From: the human T2T-CHM13v2.0 reference genome, Homo sapiens
Assembly (NCBI RefSeq): GCF_009914755.1
Contig: NC_060929.1
Strand: one strand, 5' to 3'
DNA length: 64,000 nt
Program-made: the position numbers and the translations under genes
Shown here: positions 1 through 11,925 of the stretch, piece by piece
Layout: every line of letters starts with the position of its first letter
Numbering within the stretch: the first letter of the stretch is position 1
Notes under the pieces: generated by a model
What the model was told of the DNA's origin: nothing
The model's database searches: none
The model's input: the letters and a program-made list of their open reading frames with translations, nothing else

Positions 1-906
1 CTACACAAACAGATTCTTACCGGTGGACCTAAAATGCTTTTCACAGGCAATAGTGAAACAGAGGAAATTCACGCTGGCAGGCTTTTTTCCTTGTAAGCTT
101 TGTAAATGTGAAGGCAAGGGGGATAAATGAGAAGAAATAAAAGCTTTCTTTAAGTCTTACTTACTAATGGTTTTTGTCACAGCTTTATAAAAACAGCTCA
201 GGTCTAATCAAAAGTGCAATTTGGCTGGACTTTTACAGCATCAACAGCCTTAGGAGAACACATTTCACTCCTAAAGTTGACATTTAAGCAATGCCCCTTG
301 GTCTGGCCTTCAGAACCACAGCCCACCTTTAAAAACCAGGGTTGGGCCCTGGGTGGAGCTCTCCATGCCTCAGGTTACCTTCTTGCACTCCTTGGGTGGA
401 ATATTAAAATATGACCAGCCCAGTTTCTCAGTGCTTCTCCTGGGCAAAGGCATTTCATCATGGGCACACTAGTCGGAGTTAGCTGGGCCCTGCCTCTTCC
501 GTGACTGTGTGGTTTCCCGACTTGGGCCCATTAAACTGAAATAATAGTCAGTTATTAAATTGTGTTCAGATACTAAATCCATTGGTGTGCATTTAACTAA
601 GTCTGGGTTGTGTTTATAAATGGTGAGGGATGGAAGCTGGCCTAATTTTTTTCTTTGAAAAATAACGGTAAAGGAGGATTTTCCTTTATAGTGCATATTT
701 ATATTTATACTATATATTATATAATACACATTAATATAAATTATGTATTTATGCTATTATATTTACTATATTGCTTGAACTTTTACAATTAGAATATATC
801 CATTGTGTAATTTAACAGACATTTGGAAAAAGGTGAAGGTCACATTAATGTTCAGAGTTTTTAAAAATAGCATGGATAGGTTCATTTCAAAGAAAGCTCT
901 GGATAC

Positions 907-1258
907 TGTATTAGTCCCTTTTTTTGCCACTAATAAAGACATACCCAAGACTGGGTAATTTCAAAAGAAAGAGGTTTAATGGACTCACAGTTCCACGTGG
1001 CTTACAATCATGGCGGAAGGCGAAAGGCACATCTTACATGGAGGCAGGCAAGAGAGAGAATGAGAACGAAGTGAAAGGGGAAACCCCTTATAAAAACCAT
1101 CAGATCTTGTGAGACTTATTCACTACATGAGAACAGTATGGGGGAAACAGCCCCTATGATTCAATTATCTCCCACTGGGTTCCTCCCACAACATGCGGGA
1201 ATTATAGGAGCTACAATTCAAGATGAGGTTTGGGTGGGGACACAGCCAAACCGTGTGA
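907..1258 (-). mobile_element. THE1B-like solo LTR (ERVL-MaLR)
   Basis: Matches the reverse complement of the THE1 consensus throughout (TGTATTAGTCC...GGGGAAACCCCTTATAAAAACCATCAGATCTTGTGAGAC...TTTGGGTGGGGACACAGCCAAACC). Near-perfect 5-bp TSD GATAC (902-906) / GATGC (1259-1263). Confidence 0.93.
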
Positions 1259-1559
1259 GATGCACTGATTAAGAAGACTTTATAGCAGACCATCCATAAT
1301 CATACTTTGCAGAGGTAGCCTCTGATGATACTTAGATGTATGGCATTTCATCCTTTTATTGTTCTCCTAAAGATATACACATATACACATATATAGAATT
1401 ACATATTTGCTGTTTTGAAACTATCCTATGCTCTTTCACCTAAAAATATATTATAAATGCCTTTGCATTTGTGGAAAAAAATTTATATATAAATATATAT
1501 ATATATGCATATACATACATGCACCAACCTAATATATGAAATATGAAATAAATTTTAAA

Positions 1560-2160
1560 GTGGCAAAGTATTTCATTGTTACTTGACCCTGTTAATCCCA
1601 GATTTTTCTAATATAAACAATACTGAAAATAATATTTCTGTCCAAACATTTTTGTGCTCATGCCCTGTTACCATCATGGGATAAACCCCCATATAAAAAA
1701 TTGCTGGATCAAAGGGCATATCTTTTCAAAGGCTTTCCACACCTATTGCCAAATTGCTCTCCAGAAAAGTACTGTTTCTTCCTCCAGCGGTGTGTGAGAG
1801 TCCATTTCCCCAGGCTCCAGACAATGTGGGCATTAGAATTCTTTTTACTCTTTACCAATTTGATAGGCAAAAATGAAATGATGACTCATTGTTTTTATTT
1901 GATAGGCAAATATAAAATGGTGCATTATTACTTTTGTTAAAGAAATTATATCCTCATATTTTTCCTGTTGGACTGTTTATCCTTTCTAATTTAGTTGCAG
2001 AATTTCTTCGTGTTAAGAATACCAATTATTTGTCTTTCATAATGTTACAAAAGTTTCTCAGTTTTAATTTTTCTCAATTTGGTTTACTTCTAAAGATTTT
2101 AATTTGTCTGTAGTTAAACTTGTCAGTCTTTTTCTTTATGGTTTCTACCACTCATGACAT
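1560..2160 (-). mobile_element. old L1 (L1M-class) fragment
   Basis: Antisense L1 3'-region motifs: AATTGCTGGATCAAAGGG, TTGCCAAATTGCTCTCCAGAAA, GTGTGAGAGTCCATTTCCCC. Highly diverged. Confidence 0.65.
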
Positions 2161-2454
2161 TTGCTACACTATTGATTGCATGTTTTGTGGTATATTTCAT
2201 AGATGGAATATAGGCTAGTACATACCCTGAGTCAGTTCAGATTCCAGACTGAGCGCTGTGTGTGCTAAATAGCTTTGAAAGAATGATGAGATTTCTGCTA
2301 GAATTGTGACAGAGATCCTGAGTGTTAAGAGCCTCAGATGTACTCACAGGTATCCAGAACACATAGGTGTTTACAGGGAATAAAAGCTTTATAATGTATC
2401 TCATAAATGTCACTGAAACATCGGTGTGGCACATGGGTATATTCTAGAGATAAT

Positions 2455-2770
2455 CAATATCTTCCGTCCCACATGTTCTTCTTACCATGTGACTTTGACC
2501 CTAGTCCCATGGAGAAGTGGGGTCTGTGCTCTCTCCCCTTGAATCTGGGCATTCTTGGCATTACAGAGGAGGTGACACTGTGTGACTTCAGAGGATGGGT
2601 TATCAGAAGGCACCAAGCTTCTTCCTGGTCCTCTTGGTACACTTGCCTTTGAATCCCTGGTCCTCCAGGTAAGAGTCTGACGGCTCTGAAGCCACAGTGA
2701 GTAAGTGCAAACTAGCCCACAAGGAGAGACCCCACAGAGGGAACCTGAACTAACTGGGAAAGATGGACAA
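2455..2770 (+). mobile_element. MLT1-family LTR fragment (MaLR)
   Basis: MLT1 motifs CCCCTTGAATCTGGGC, GAGGTGACACTGTGTGACTTC and GTAAGAGTCTGAC. Confidence 0.7.
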
Positions 2771-2779
2771 GAAATTATC

Positions 2780-3130
2780 AAGTAGTGTGATAGGAAATAT
2801 ACCTAATATTGTGATAACATATAAGAAGAGACCCGACCTAGCCTTGGGGATCAGAGGAGGCTTCCTGGGGGAGCTGATGCAGGGACTGAGTGAGATCTGA
2901 AGGACAAGTAGCAGCAGGGGATGTGGGGCAGACTTAGCATGGAGGGAACTCCAGCCAGAGGTGGCAGCAGGAGTGACTAAGGCCGGGAGGCAGGGGTGAT
3001 TCGGTCTATTAAAAGAAAAGGAAACAGTTCAGTGTGGCTAAGAATGGAGCAGAAATGGTACAGAGATGAGTGATGAAGCTGGAGAGATAAGAAAGGAATA
3101 GATGACGAAGGACCCTGTTTACCAGGTTGA
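2780..3130 (-). mobile_element. L2 fragment
   Basis: Purine-rich antisense L2 motifs GGATCAGAGGAGGCTTCCTGG, GAGATCTGAAGGA and CAGTGTGGCT. Confidence 0.65.
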
Positions 3131-4016
3131 GAAGTAGATAGAAATGTGTGTATTTTCAGCGAAATTTTTATCATTAGCATTTCCAGGCCTTGCTAGGATT
3201 TAGATATAAAATGTGGGACTTGGACAGTCTGGGTATTTTTCTTTTTTTTTTTTTTTTTTTTGTAAAAGTGATTCCATCTGTCTTGGTTTGCCCTTCCTGG
3301 GGGTACTTTTTCTCATCCCACGGGAAGCTGTGCCTTTGTCTTTAAGCCTTTGGCCTAAAGCTTAGCTTCTCAATGGGGGCTATGTCCCATTCTCCTTTGT
3401 GCCCCCAGAATGCCTAGGACAAAGACAGCCCTTGTCCTGTTCAATGCTTGCTGCTTTGTGGTGTCTTAACTTGCCCATCCCTGTCCTCCCTCTCTCTCTC
3501 TTTTTTCTTCTCCTGTCCCCTCCTTTCCCTACTCAGAACTTCTTTGTAGTCAACCCACACATATGAATCACAGTAGCATCTCCCAAAGGGGAAACCCCCC
3601 TGCCAACCAGCTGGTCCAGCCTCATTCCATTAACATTGCTGAGTGTGAACTTCCCCGCTACATGACCAATTTCATTATGTATGAGACTCAGATGCTGCCC
3701 CTGAAGAATTCTGAAGGAGGGCTTTTGGGAGTACAGCCCAGTGTGGCTAAGCACGCCTCTCTCATTTGGCCAAACTCCTCCAAATCCTCATCTTTCGCAT
3801 CATCTTCCATCTTGTTTTCCTTTTCCTAGAGAATCTGATTTTTTGCCTTCAAGTCCCATTTATTGTCAAGTATGTGTATCTGGCCTCAGAGTGAAAAGAA
3901 GAACTTACCCAATTGGTGAGAAAGATAGTCTCCCCATAGAGTGCTTAGAGAAAAAGATCAGTTCAAGATAAAGAGAAATTAGAGTTTAGAGCTCGAATGA
4001 TGGAAATCCTTTAGAC

Positions 4017-4233
4017 CAAGACTGAACAAACATTTTCCTTAAAGGACCAGATGATGAATATTTAGACTTTGTGGGTCATAACGTTTCTATCACAACTCTG
4101 CCTTTGTAGCAAGAAAATAGTCATTGCCAGTATCTAAACAAATGGCCATGGCCGTGTCCCAGCACAATGTCACTTACAGTAGCAAGCTGGGGGCTAATTG
4201 GGCCCACAGACCATAGTTGGCCAACAACCCCCA
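4017..4233 (+). mobile_element. MER58A (hAT-Charlie DNA transposon)
   Basis: Collinear with the MER58A consensus (AAAGGACCAGATGATGAATATTTAGACTTTGTGGGTCATA...CTCTGCCTTTGTAGC...GGCCCACAGACCATAGTTGGCC). 8-bp TSD-like CTTTAGAC/ATCTAGAC. Confidence 0.8.
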
Positions 4234-4235
4234 AT

Positions 4236-4376
4236 CTAGACCAACTATCTCATTATACAGATGAGGGCACTGAAGCCCAGAGGGGATGTGTTCCAGTTCA
4301 TTCCAGTAATTAATGGAAGTACCAGGCTGAAGCCCCAGGGCTCCTGACCCTTGGTCCTCTGTCCTTTCCACCACTC
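4236..4376 (-). mobile_element. MIR fragment (interrupted by MER58A)
   Basis: MIR core CTCATTATACAGATGAGGGCACTGAAGCCCAGAG. Confidence 0.75.
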
Positions 4377-5239
4377 TAGTCCTTAAGTCTTGCCTGTTCT
4401 ATTTTTGACTTGTATTCTCACCACTGCTCACCCCCACCCAGTTTGTCCTACCCTTTGAAACTTCCCAACACTTAGGAACTGAACCAAGGTATCAAAACCT
4501 TAAAAGTGGTGAATACTTTCCAAGGCTTCCTGTAGTTTCTAAACTCAATCTATGCTTGTGGAATGATGAACCCCAACTCCAATGAACTGTGTGTGTGTAT
4601 CACCCAATGTATAGTAACATGTACATCTACAGATAGGCAAAAACACTGACAAATGGATCTTTCCCAAATTAAGAAAACAACTTTTTCTGGGTTGCTCAAA
4701 TCCAACTGAAATGTCTATATTTTTAGGAAGAAGCCTTTTACATAATGCCAATATGAAGAGGCTGAAGATGTAAAGCAAAGTAAACAAAGCAATGAAACCT
4801 AGCTGAGTCAGTGGTTGGACATTCCAAATTGCTTAGCGTGCTGTTAATGACTTTAAAAGGCAAGAGGGACAAGAGAACTAGTTCCCACAAAGAGGACAGT
4901 TTTGTCTCATGTCTCAGCCAAAACAGGCCCCAAGACTTGAATGGTCTGAAAAGTGTTCTCCATTATATAACAATTTATCTGTCCTTTTAAAAATAGGTGC
5001 CTTGAAGCTGTTTCTTCAAAATGCAGAAGAGGGATGGCAGAACATTCTCAAAGGCTTAAGCAAAGGCACTGCTGGCACTTCTCTGACCTGGGACCACAAC
5101 AGCAAATGGCCCAGTTTGATAGAACAGCAATGAATAACAAAGTTCTCCTAGGCCCAAGGGTCTGTTCTAACTGCTAGACCATTGCCAGCAATCAGGAACA
5201 GTGGCTATAGATGTGCAGCAGAGGACAAATCTTACCTGG

Positions 5240-5555
5240 TGTATTCATCTATTCTCATGTTGCTATAAAGAGATACCTGAGACTGGGTAATTTATAAAGA
5301 AAAGAGGTTTAATTGGCTCATGGTTCTGTGGGCTGTATAGGCTTCTGCTTCTAGGGAGAAACTTACAATTGTGGCAGAAGGTGAAGGAGAAGCAAGCACA
5401 TCCTCACATGGTCGGCAAGAACTCATTATCATGAGAACAGCAAGGGGGACGTCTGCCCCCACGAGCTAATCACCTCTCACCACGCCCCTCTTCCAACTCT
5501 GGGGATTACAATTTGACGTGAGATTTGGGTGGGGACACAGAGCCAAACCATATCA
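5240..5555 (-). mobile_element. MSTA-like solo LTR (ERVL-MaLR), internally deleted
   Basis: TGTATT...TTGCTATAAAGAGATACCTGAGACTGGGTAATTTATAAAGAAAAGAGG...GGGGACACAGAGCCAAACCATATCA. TSD CCTGG (5235-5239) / CCTAG (5556-5560). Confidence 0.9.
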
Positions 5556-6379
5556 CCTAGGCACAATGTGGTGACATCTTTCATTCCCTGTTGGCCATGT
5601 CAGCCATTCTCCCAAAACAAATCTTAATTTCAGTGGGGTCATCTTCAAAACGGCTCAACAGCATTCAAAAGTATTAATTAGTACATAAAATGCCATGGAA
5701 CTATATGGGGGTTAGGGGAAGAATCATATCTATTCTAATGATGACTTAAGGACTATGTGAAAGTGACTATCCTGGTGATGACCTTTGGCAGCTACTGTAG
5801 TGAAAATAAACAGGAATCTCCTTCTCTGACTCTGCTCCAGCCATTTTTAAAAACTGGACTCTCAGCACCAAAAATCTCCCACCAGCCAGGAAGTCAAAGG
5901 AAAAGGGCAACTGACCAAAGGTAACAAAACTCATTCTCAAAAAGGAGGAATTTAAGCTAATGTACCCCTCCCCCAACCCAGGGAACTTACCCAGATTTGT
6001 GCCAGTGCCTCCTAGACATTTTAACTTTATATTTATTTTCACATTTATTTCATAAAAGAGCTAAATTCCCTATTGTTATTACAGCATCAAGAGATACCCC
6101 ACCTCCACCTATCCCCTCGCATCAGTTTTTTAAAAATATTCCTAAAACTTAATGGGCAATCCTGCATATCTCTGGTGAAAAGTGAATAAAAGGGCAAATA
6201 GAAGAAATACAAGAAAAAAGGAAAAAAATTATTCACTATGCATAAACCAAGGAAACAGTAATCCTTCTTGAAAAGATTCTTGAAAAATCTCCATAAAAAG
6301 GGAGGACTTTTTTTTCTCCAAGCCTTCAGAAACTGTTAATTATAACATTTTACATAATATAATAAGGGAGAAAAACTTT

Positions 6380-6590
6380 CCTGAATGCCTAATATGCTGG
6401 GCATCTTACTTAGATTATTTCACTTAATTCTCATCTCCTTTCTGGAAGATCATTGTTATCCCTATTTTACAGATGAGAAAATTGAAACTCAAAAAGGTTA
6501 TGTGTTTTGATCCATGTCACAAACTAGTAAATGACTCTAGATTTAAAATCCAACCCCCAACTCTCTGTGCTTTCTCTAGCACAACACTGC
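6380..6590 (-). mobile_element. MIR
   Basis: ATCCCTATTTTACAGATGAGAAAATTGAAACTCA core with flanking MIR sequence. Confidence 0.75.
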
Positions 6591-8429
6591 CTCTGATGAA
6601 ATAAAGGGAAAAAAATGTCCTAAACATATTAGATGACCACAATACTTGTGCTAGGAGGGAAGGTATAGATCAAATCCATTATTTAGAAAACAAGTATTAG
6701 TCCTATTTCAAAGTTATAGATAATGAAAGGCAAGAATTTTAAGGTTCCATTGGAAGTCACTAGTGACACCAATAGAAACTCAAAACTCTCAAGTTCCCAA
6801 CTCACATTTTTTGTCCAGTAGATCACATTGATTTAGACATTTTGGAGACATCTGAGATGAGCAACAGACTGCAAACTTAAAAATGAGTGGGAACCTCAAT
6901 GAAAGTGCTGTCACTCAAATCTCACATCCAGACCATGATTAATGCCACTGTAAATATTAATGAAATGTAAAATACTCACTAGAAAACAGTGATCAATAAT
7001 GCAGCTTTTATGGGTGCATTAAAATAATAATATTTTTATTATTGGTGAGAAATTTCTTTCTCTTTATTTAAATCCATTAAAGAATGATTTCAACACTTTG
7101 GAATGCAGGTCTTAAAGGTTTGTTTTACTTTATATGGGAGAAAACATGACCTCACTATTATTATTTTTATGCTACTTGTGCATAACTGGCCACAGACTCC
7201 TTTTTTTCTTTTCTTAATTTTATAAGATATTGATTATGCCTGTCATTTAATGGAATAAATGTGATATATTCCTTTGCATTGGTTGGTAGAGTATGTGGCC
7301 TAAAACACGCCTTGAATTGAAAGTCTCCATTTTATTTTGTGCAGATATAGGAAGATGCTAATATGTAAATAGTGATAGTGAGAAATAGCCACTGGACTAT
7401 TTATCAGACATGCTAACACAAGTAAAAACTATATGCAAAAACATATGCAAATCAAAGAGTTTTGCATATGTACAACCCTTGACTTGACTAGCTGTTGGAC
7501 ATTGTATAGACACAGCTTAGGTCCACTGTCTTGTCAGAATGAAAAAAGCAAAGATATTCAAGTCATCTAAGTTTTTCTGTATATAATAGGGAGAATGCCA
7601 CATTCATATTTTTGTAGTGAGGATTAAATATTGCAATAGATATAAAGTGTTAGGAAGTTCTAATAAGTAGCCACCTGAGGTGGCTGTAATTACTGTTGTT
7701 ATTGCTATTTCTACTACTATTATTACAACACGGCCTTCATTCAGTCACCCTAGTGGATCAATCAGTAGGATGCATACAGTGACGTGCAGCAAGACAGTCA
7801 CCCTATGTGACTTAAAAGAGGCCACAGTCCAGAAAACTACTAAGGAAAGCACAAACACTGCCACTCTTCCCTTCTTATATTGGGGAGGTCAAAACCTTCC
7901 CAATTCTATTCTTGAGTTACCAGTCCCTGAAAAACTAAGAGAATAGTTGCTAAACCTCAAGAAATATGCTTTGAGAGGCAAGTGTCTCAGAAATAAAAAC
8001 TGTTTTCTTAAACCTAATTTGAATAAGAAACTGTAATTCAGAACATTTCCAAGTGGAAGATCTATGAATTATGCAGAAGAATAAATTGCCTTCTTTGAAG
8101 GCAAAGGCCCTTGATGTGGTGACCATTTGACAATAGACTACTGATAGAGTCATTCCAAAGACTTTGTCCTTTTCAGTCTGTTCTCAGTGGTTCATCACTC
8201 AATACAGAAACTTACCTGAAAAGTAGACTCCTGGGCCAGCTGGGGTTAATGAAAGTTTGGCCATATTGGGTTGGAATGCAGGCATGACTTTGATTCATAC
8301 TGAAGTTGGTCCAGAGTGCGTACTGGCCTTGCATCTTTCTAGCTATACTTGAAATTTTCTTCCCATCCGTGTCTCTTTAAAGAGATTTCAAACCCACAGA
8401 CACCTCAGAAATTTATCCTCCCCACTCTA

Positions 8430-8867
8430 AATTTTCCCAGCTCCTGTCCTTAATCTGGGGCACAATATCAGACCAAAGGTAGATGCTTGATCCGAGCAAG
8501 GCCAGTCAGATTTAGTCTCCCAGGGACATGGAATTAAGACCCAGAAATTGGGTCAGTTACCTCTCGGGAGGGGAGATAGAAGATCATGAAGACCCTGGGA
8601 CTAGAATGGCTATTCACAGGGGGCTATGAAAACCTCCTGTAGTTAGAGTCAAGAAGAAAGTCTTCGGGTAAAGAAAGATGAAGTGAGCATGTGGGAAAAT
8701 GGACAAGAGATGGACTTTTCCAGAGACTTTCCAGTTACCAGAAGACTTTGCTATCTTTCCTGTGTGTTTCTATGGGATCTCTTTGCATCCTTATAAACTC
8801 CCTATTGACTTGAGCTTCCTTGAAAGGGTTTCTGTTCCCCAAAACCAACAGTTCCTTAGCTAAAACA
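8430..8867 (+). mobile_element. old ERVL-type LTR (subfamily unassigned)
   Basis: LTR-like 3' end GGGTTTCTGTTCCCCAAAACCAACAGTTCCTTAGCTAAAACA and internal GGCCAGTCAGA. Confidence 0.5.
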
Positions 8868-11669
8868 TCCTTTAGCCACGCTGGCATTTTATTTTGAACT
8901 CACCCTCTCCTTGCCCTAGTCTCCAGAGGCTGCAGTCACCTTCTACGTTAGGGAGTGCCTAACTGGTAACTACCTTCATTGCTGATGAGAAATGGGAAAG
9001 AGGCAGACACAGAAACTGGTGAGAAGTAAACAGTGAGTAACACCAAAGAGAAGATCAAAGTTCTGTCCTGCCCTAAACAAGGTGGGGCACCACTACTACC
9101 TTTGAAACAGGTTGTCCTTTCTCATCTGCCTCAGGTAGGTCTTTGGTTCTTTCAGTAACATTTGGAGCAAGAACTAAAGGAGTCCTTGCAGCTCAGCCTC
9201 ATCCTTTTATTCCAAGAGGAAGATTGATATAAATTGACCCCAATACAGATACACACACATATAAACAATATTATCTGTCCTAATAGATAATAAATCTCTA
9301 CAACATTTAAACTAACTATTGTAAGTAATTCATAAGAAAGTCTTACCTGAAGAGGAAACAGAATTGCTCATGATTATCTTAGAAGGGACCTAGTATAAAA
9401 GAGAAGAGTGATTTCAAAATAGAGAAAAAAGTTGTTTTTGTTTGTGTGGTTTTTATAATTCTATTGAAAATGGAGACTCAATGATTGAAATAGTGTGGTT
9501 CATTGGAAAGATCCTTGGACTTGGAATCAAGGAACTTATTTTAGGAAGAAACATGAGACAAGTGCAAAAATAGAACCAGGCAACAATAAATCAACAAATA
9601 TCATGAGAGAAGGACACAAAGAGGTGTGGAGCTTTGGAGAAAGGGAGATATTACTTCCACATGGAAATGAACGTGGAGGATTTGATGGTAAAAGGCAGAA
9701 TCAAAGGAATACTTTTAGGCAAACTAGCGGGATCATGGAATAGACATTGTCTGGACCACAAAGCTTTGATAGGAGTATTTGGAACACAATGCTTCAAATG
9801 ACTACCACCAGAAGAAAGTTGACTTCCTCATCCCACAATATATCTCTGTGGCCATATCTACTATGGGGATCCAGGGTTGAATATCTAAATATCAGTGCAA
9901 CACATCTAGGAAAGAAATTAAGAAGAGCATTACTATCAGGAAAAAAAGGTGATGACTGACTGGCTGTGGCAGTTTTCCTGGGGATTAGGGTGTGCAGAGG
10001 GGGAAAAGGGAGAGTGAGCTGAAAATGAAAACAAGCAGATGCCATGCATCTCTATAGTCCTTGCAGCCTTCCCCTAAAGCTCCTGTGCCTTTTGAGGTTA
10101 TGTGTGCAAGACTGTGAGGGGACGCTCTTCCATTGGTCAGTGAACTAATTAGGAGATTATTTGGAAGTGTCCACATAGTTGCCTCAGCCTGGAATCTACA
10201 GGGCTCACCAGTCCAGGACAGGCTTTTAGGTTGGTCTCTCCATTCCTGCACTACAAGTTTTCCATACTGCACGTGAAACAAGAATTCAAGCCCCTTGGCC
10301 CCATCCTGTGCCACAGAACTGGGGTCTGACTGACTCTCAATCAACTCTGTTTCAACATGGTCTAGGGCAGGGAGCCAAGTCTATGCCACTCTATGGATGG
10401 GATGGAAATTTTCTTCGCCCCATTCATGAGAACCTTTTTGATTCTCAGCTTTGTCCTGAGAACCCAGTTCTGGCTTCCTCTGATGCATGAGGCCAGATGA
10501 CTTCCACTCCCACATTGGCTATAAAACCTTTTCCTTTAAGCAACGCACTCTCTGTCACCACAGGCCATGTGGCCCCCACTTCCCCTAACCACTACAGTTC
10601 CCTCTTTATCTCTGCTCCTTGAAGCTTCCCTTTCTTGTTTTTGAATTCAACTAGGTATTTTAATTTTTTTAATTTTTAAAAGCATATTTATGCATTAAAA
10701 CTGGGGTGGGGGGGGTGTCCATGGAAGCTCAGCCTACTATCTTGGCTGAAATTCCTTTTTAGCTAATAAGTGGCAGAGCTGAGTTTCAAATCTAGATATT
10801 CTGACTCTAAAGCCAAGGTTAATTTTTTATGATAACGTGTATCTTCCAAGGAATCTCAGTAAGGCTGAAAGACTATCCAAAGTGACTTTTAACAAAGAAT
10901 AGATAGAGGCAAACTCATGGAATGATTACCCCCAAAAGCTATTACGGGCTAAAATATTTGGGAAGTTTTCAGAAAATGGCAAAAAATGAAGGTCTGTCAT
11001 GAGTTATGATATTCTAAAGACTGTCTGACCTTCTGAATATGGCAGAAGGCAGCTTGCCTCTCACAACACTCTCCTATGTGAACAGGGGTCTAACTCCACC
11101 TGGTAATTTCTATACCCTTCTTGGCTGTAGTCAGAAGGAATCATTGCAGATGCTCTTCTCATCACTCACATATTCATCTGCCTGTGCACATACATCTCGA
11201 TGCAAACCCAATGAGATGAGGTTAAGAGCATGGGCTGTGCTTTGAGATGTGAAGAAGTCATGCAACCTGGTATCTCTTGGGGGACAGGCAGAAGAAATAT
11301 GAGAAACATAGATACTCCTTAAAAAAGATGGCATTTGTCCCCAGCTACTACAACCTCAGGGAGGCTGCCACATTCTTTGTACCAAGTTGCCATGCACTAG
11401 ACAGCAAAATCTCATCAAAAACACAGCTATATTGATTATTCATTTTTTTCCATTTCCACTAATGCTACCTTCTATAATGCAAGTAATTGAGTATTGATTG
11501 AGTATTGACTATACTATAACAATTCAGTTAACTGACTTGCCTGGGAAATGGAGTACTTGGTTAAGTGAGTTTCCTGTTTCTAAATAATTTAGGAGGTTGG
11601 AACCTACCTCTGAAATTTTATTTTATGCATGTGTAGATATATTGATCGACTTAAATTAATAAACATCAG

Positions 11670-11925
11670 GTACAGAATATGACAGCATAGGCTTTGGCAC
11701 AAGCTTGAGTATGCATCAAGACTTTGCATCTCGTTGGCTGCATGATTTTGGAATACTTTTTTAATTCCTGAGCCTTGGTTCCCTCACCTATAGATTGAAG
11801 ATAACCTCATTTCCTAGGATTATTGTGAAGATTTTATTAGATCATGTATGAAGAATGCTTGGCAAAAGTCCTGATGTAGAATTCATGTCAACAAGTAGCA
11901 CCTATTATGACTATTATTGTTATTA
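11670..11925 (+). mobile_element. MIR (near full length)
   Basis: CTGAGCCTTGGTTCCCTCACCTATA...AGGATTATTGTGAAGATT...GAATGCTTGGCA. Confidence 0.75.

Noticed and set aside
1858-1935. Degenerate ~39-bp tandem duplication (ATTTGATAGGCAAA...)
   Set aside because: Old, decayed duplication inside an L1 fragment with no sign of function.
10000-10755. Possible antisense HAL1/L1 5' region
   Set aside because: Only a weak terminal resemblance (CTATCTTGGCTGAAATTCC); too diverged to call by eye.
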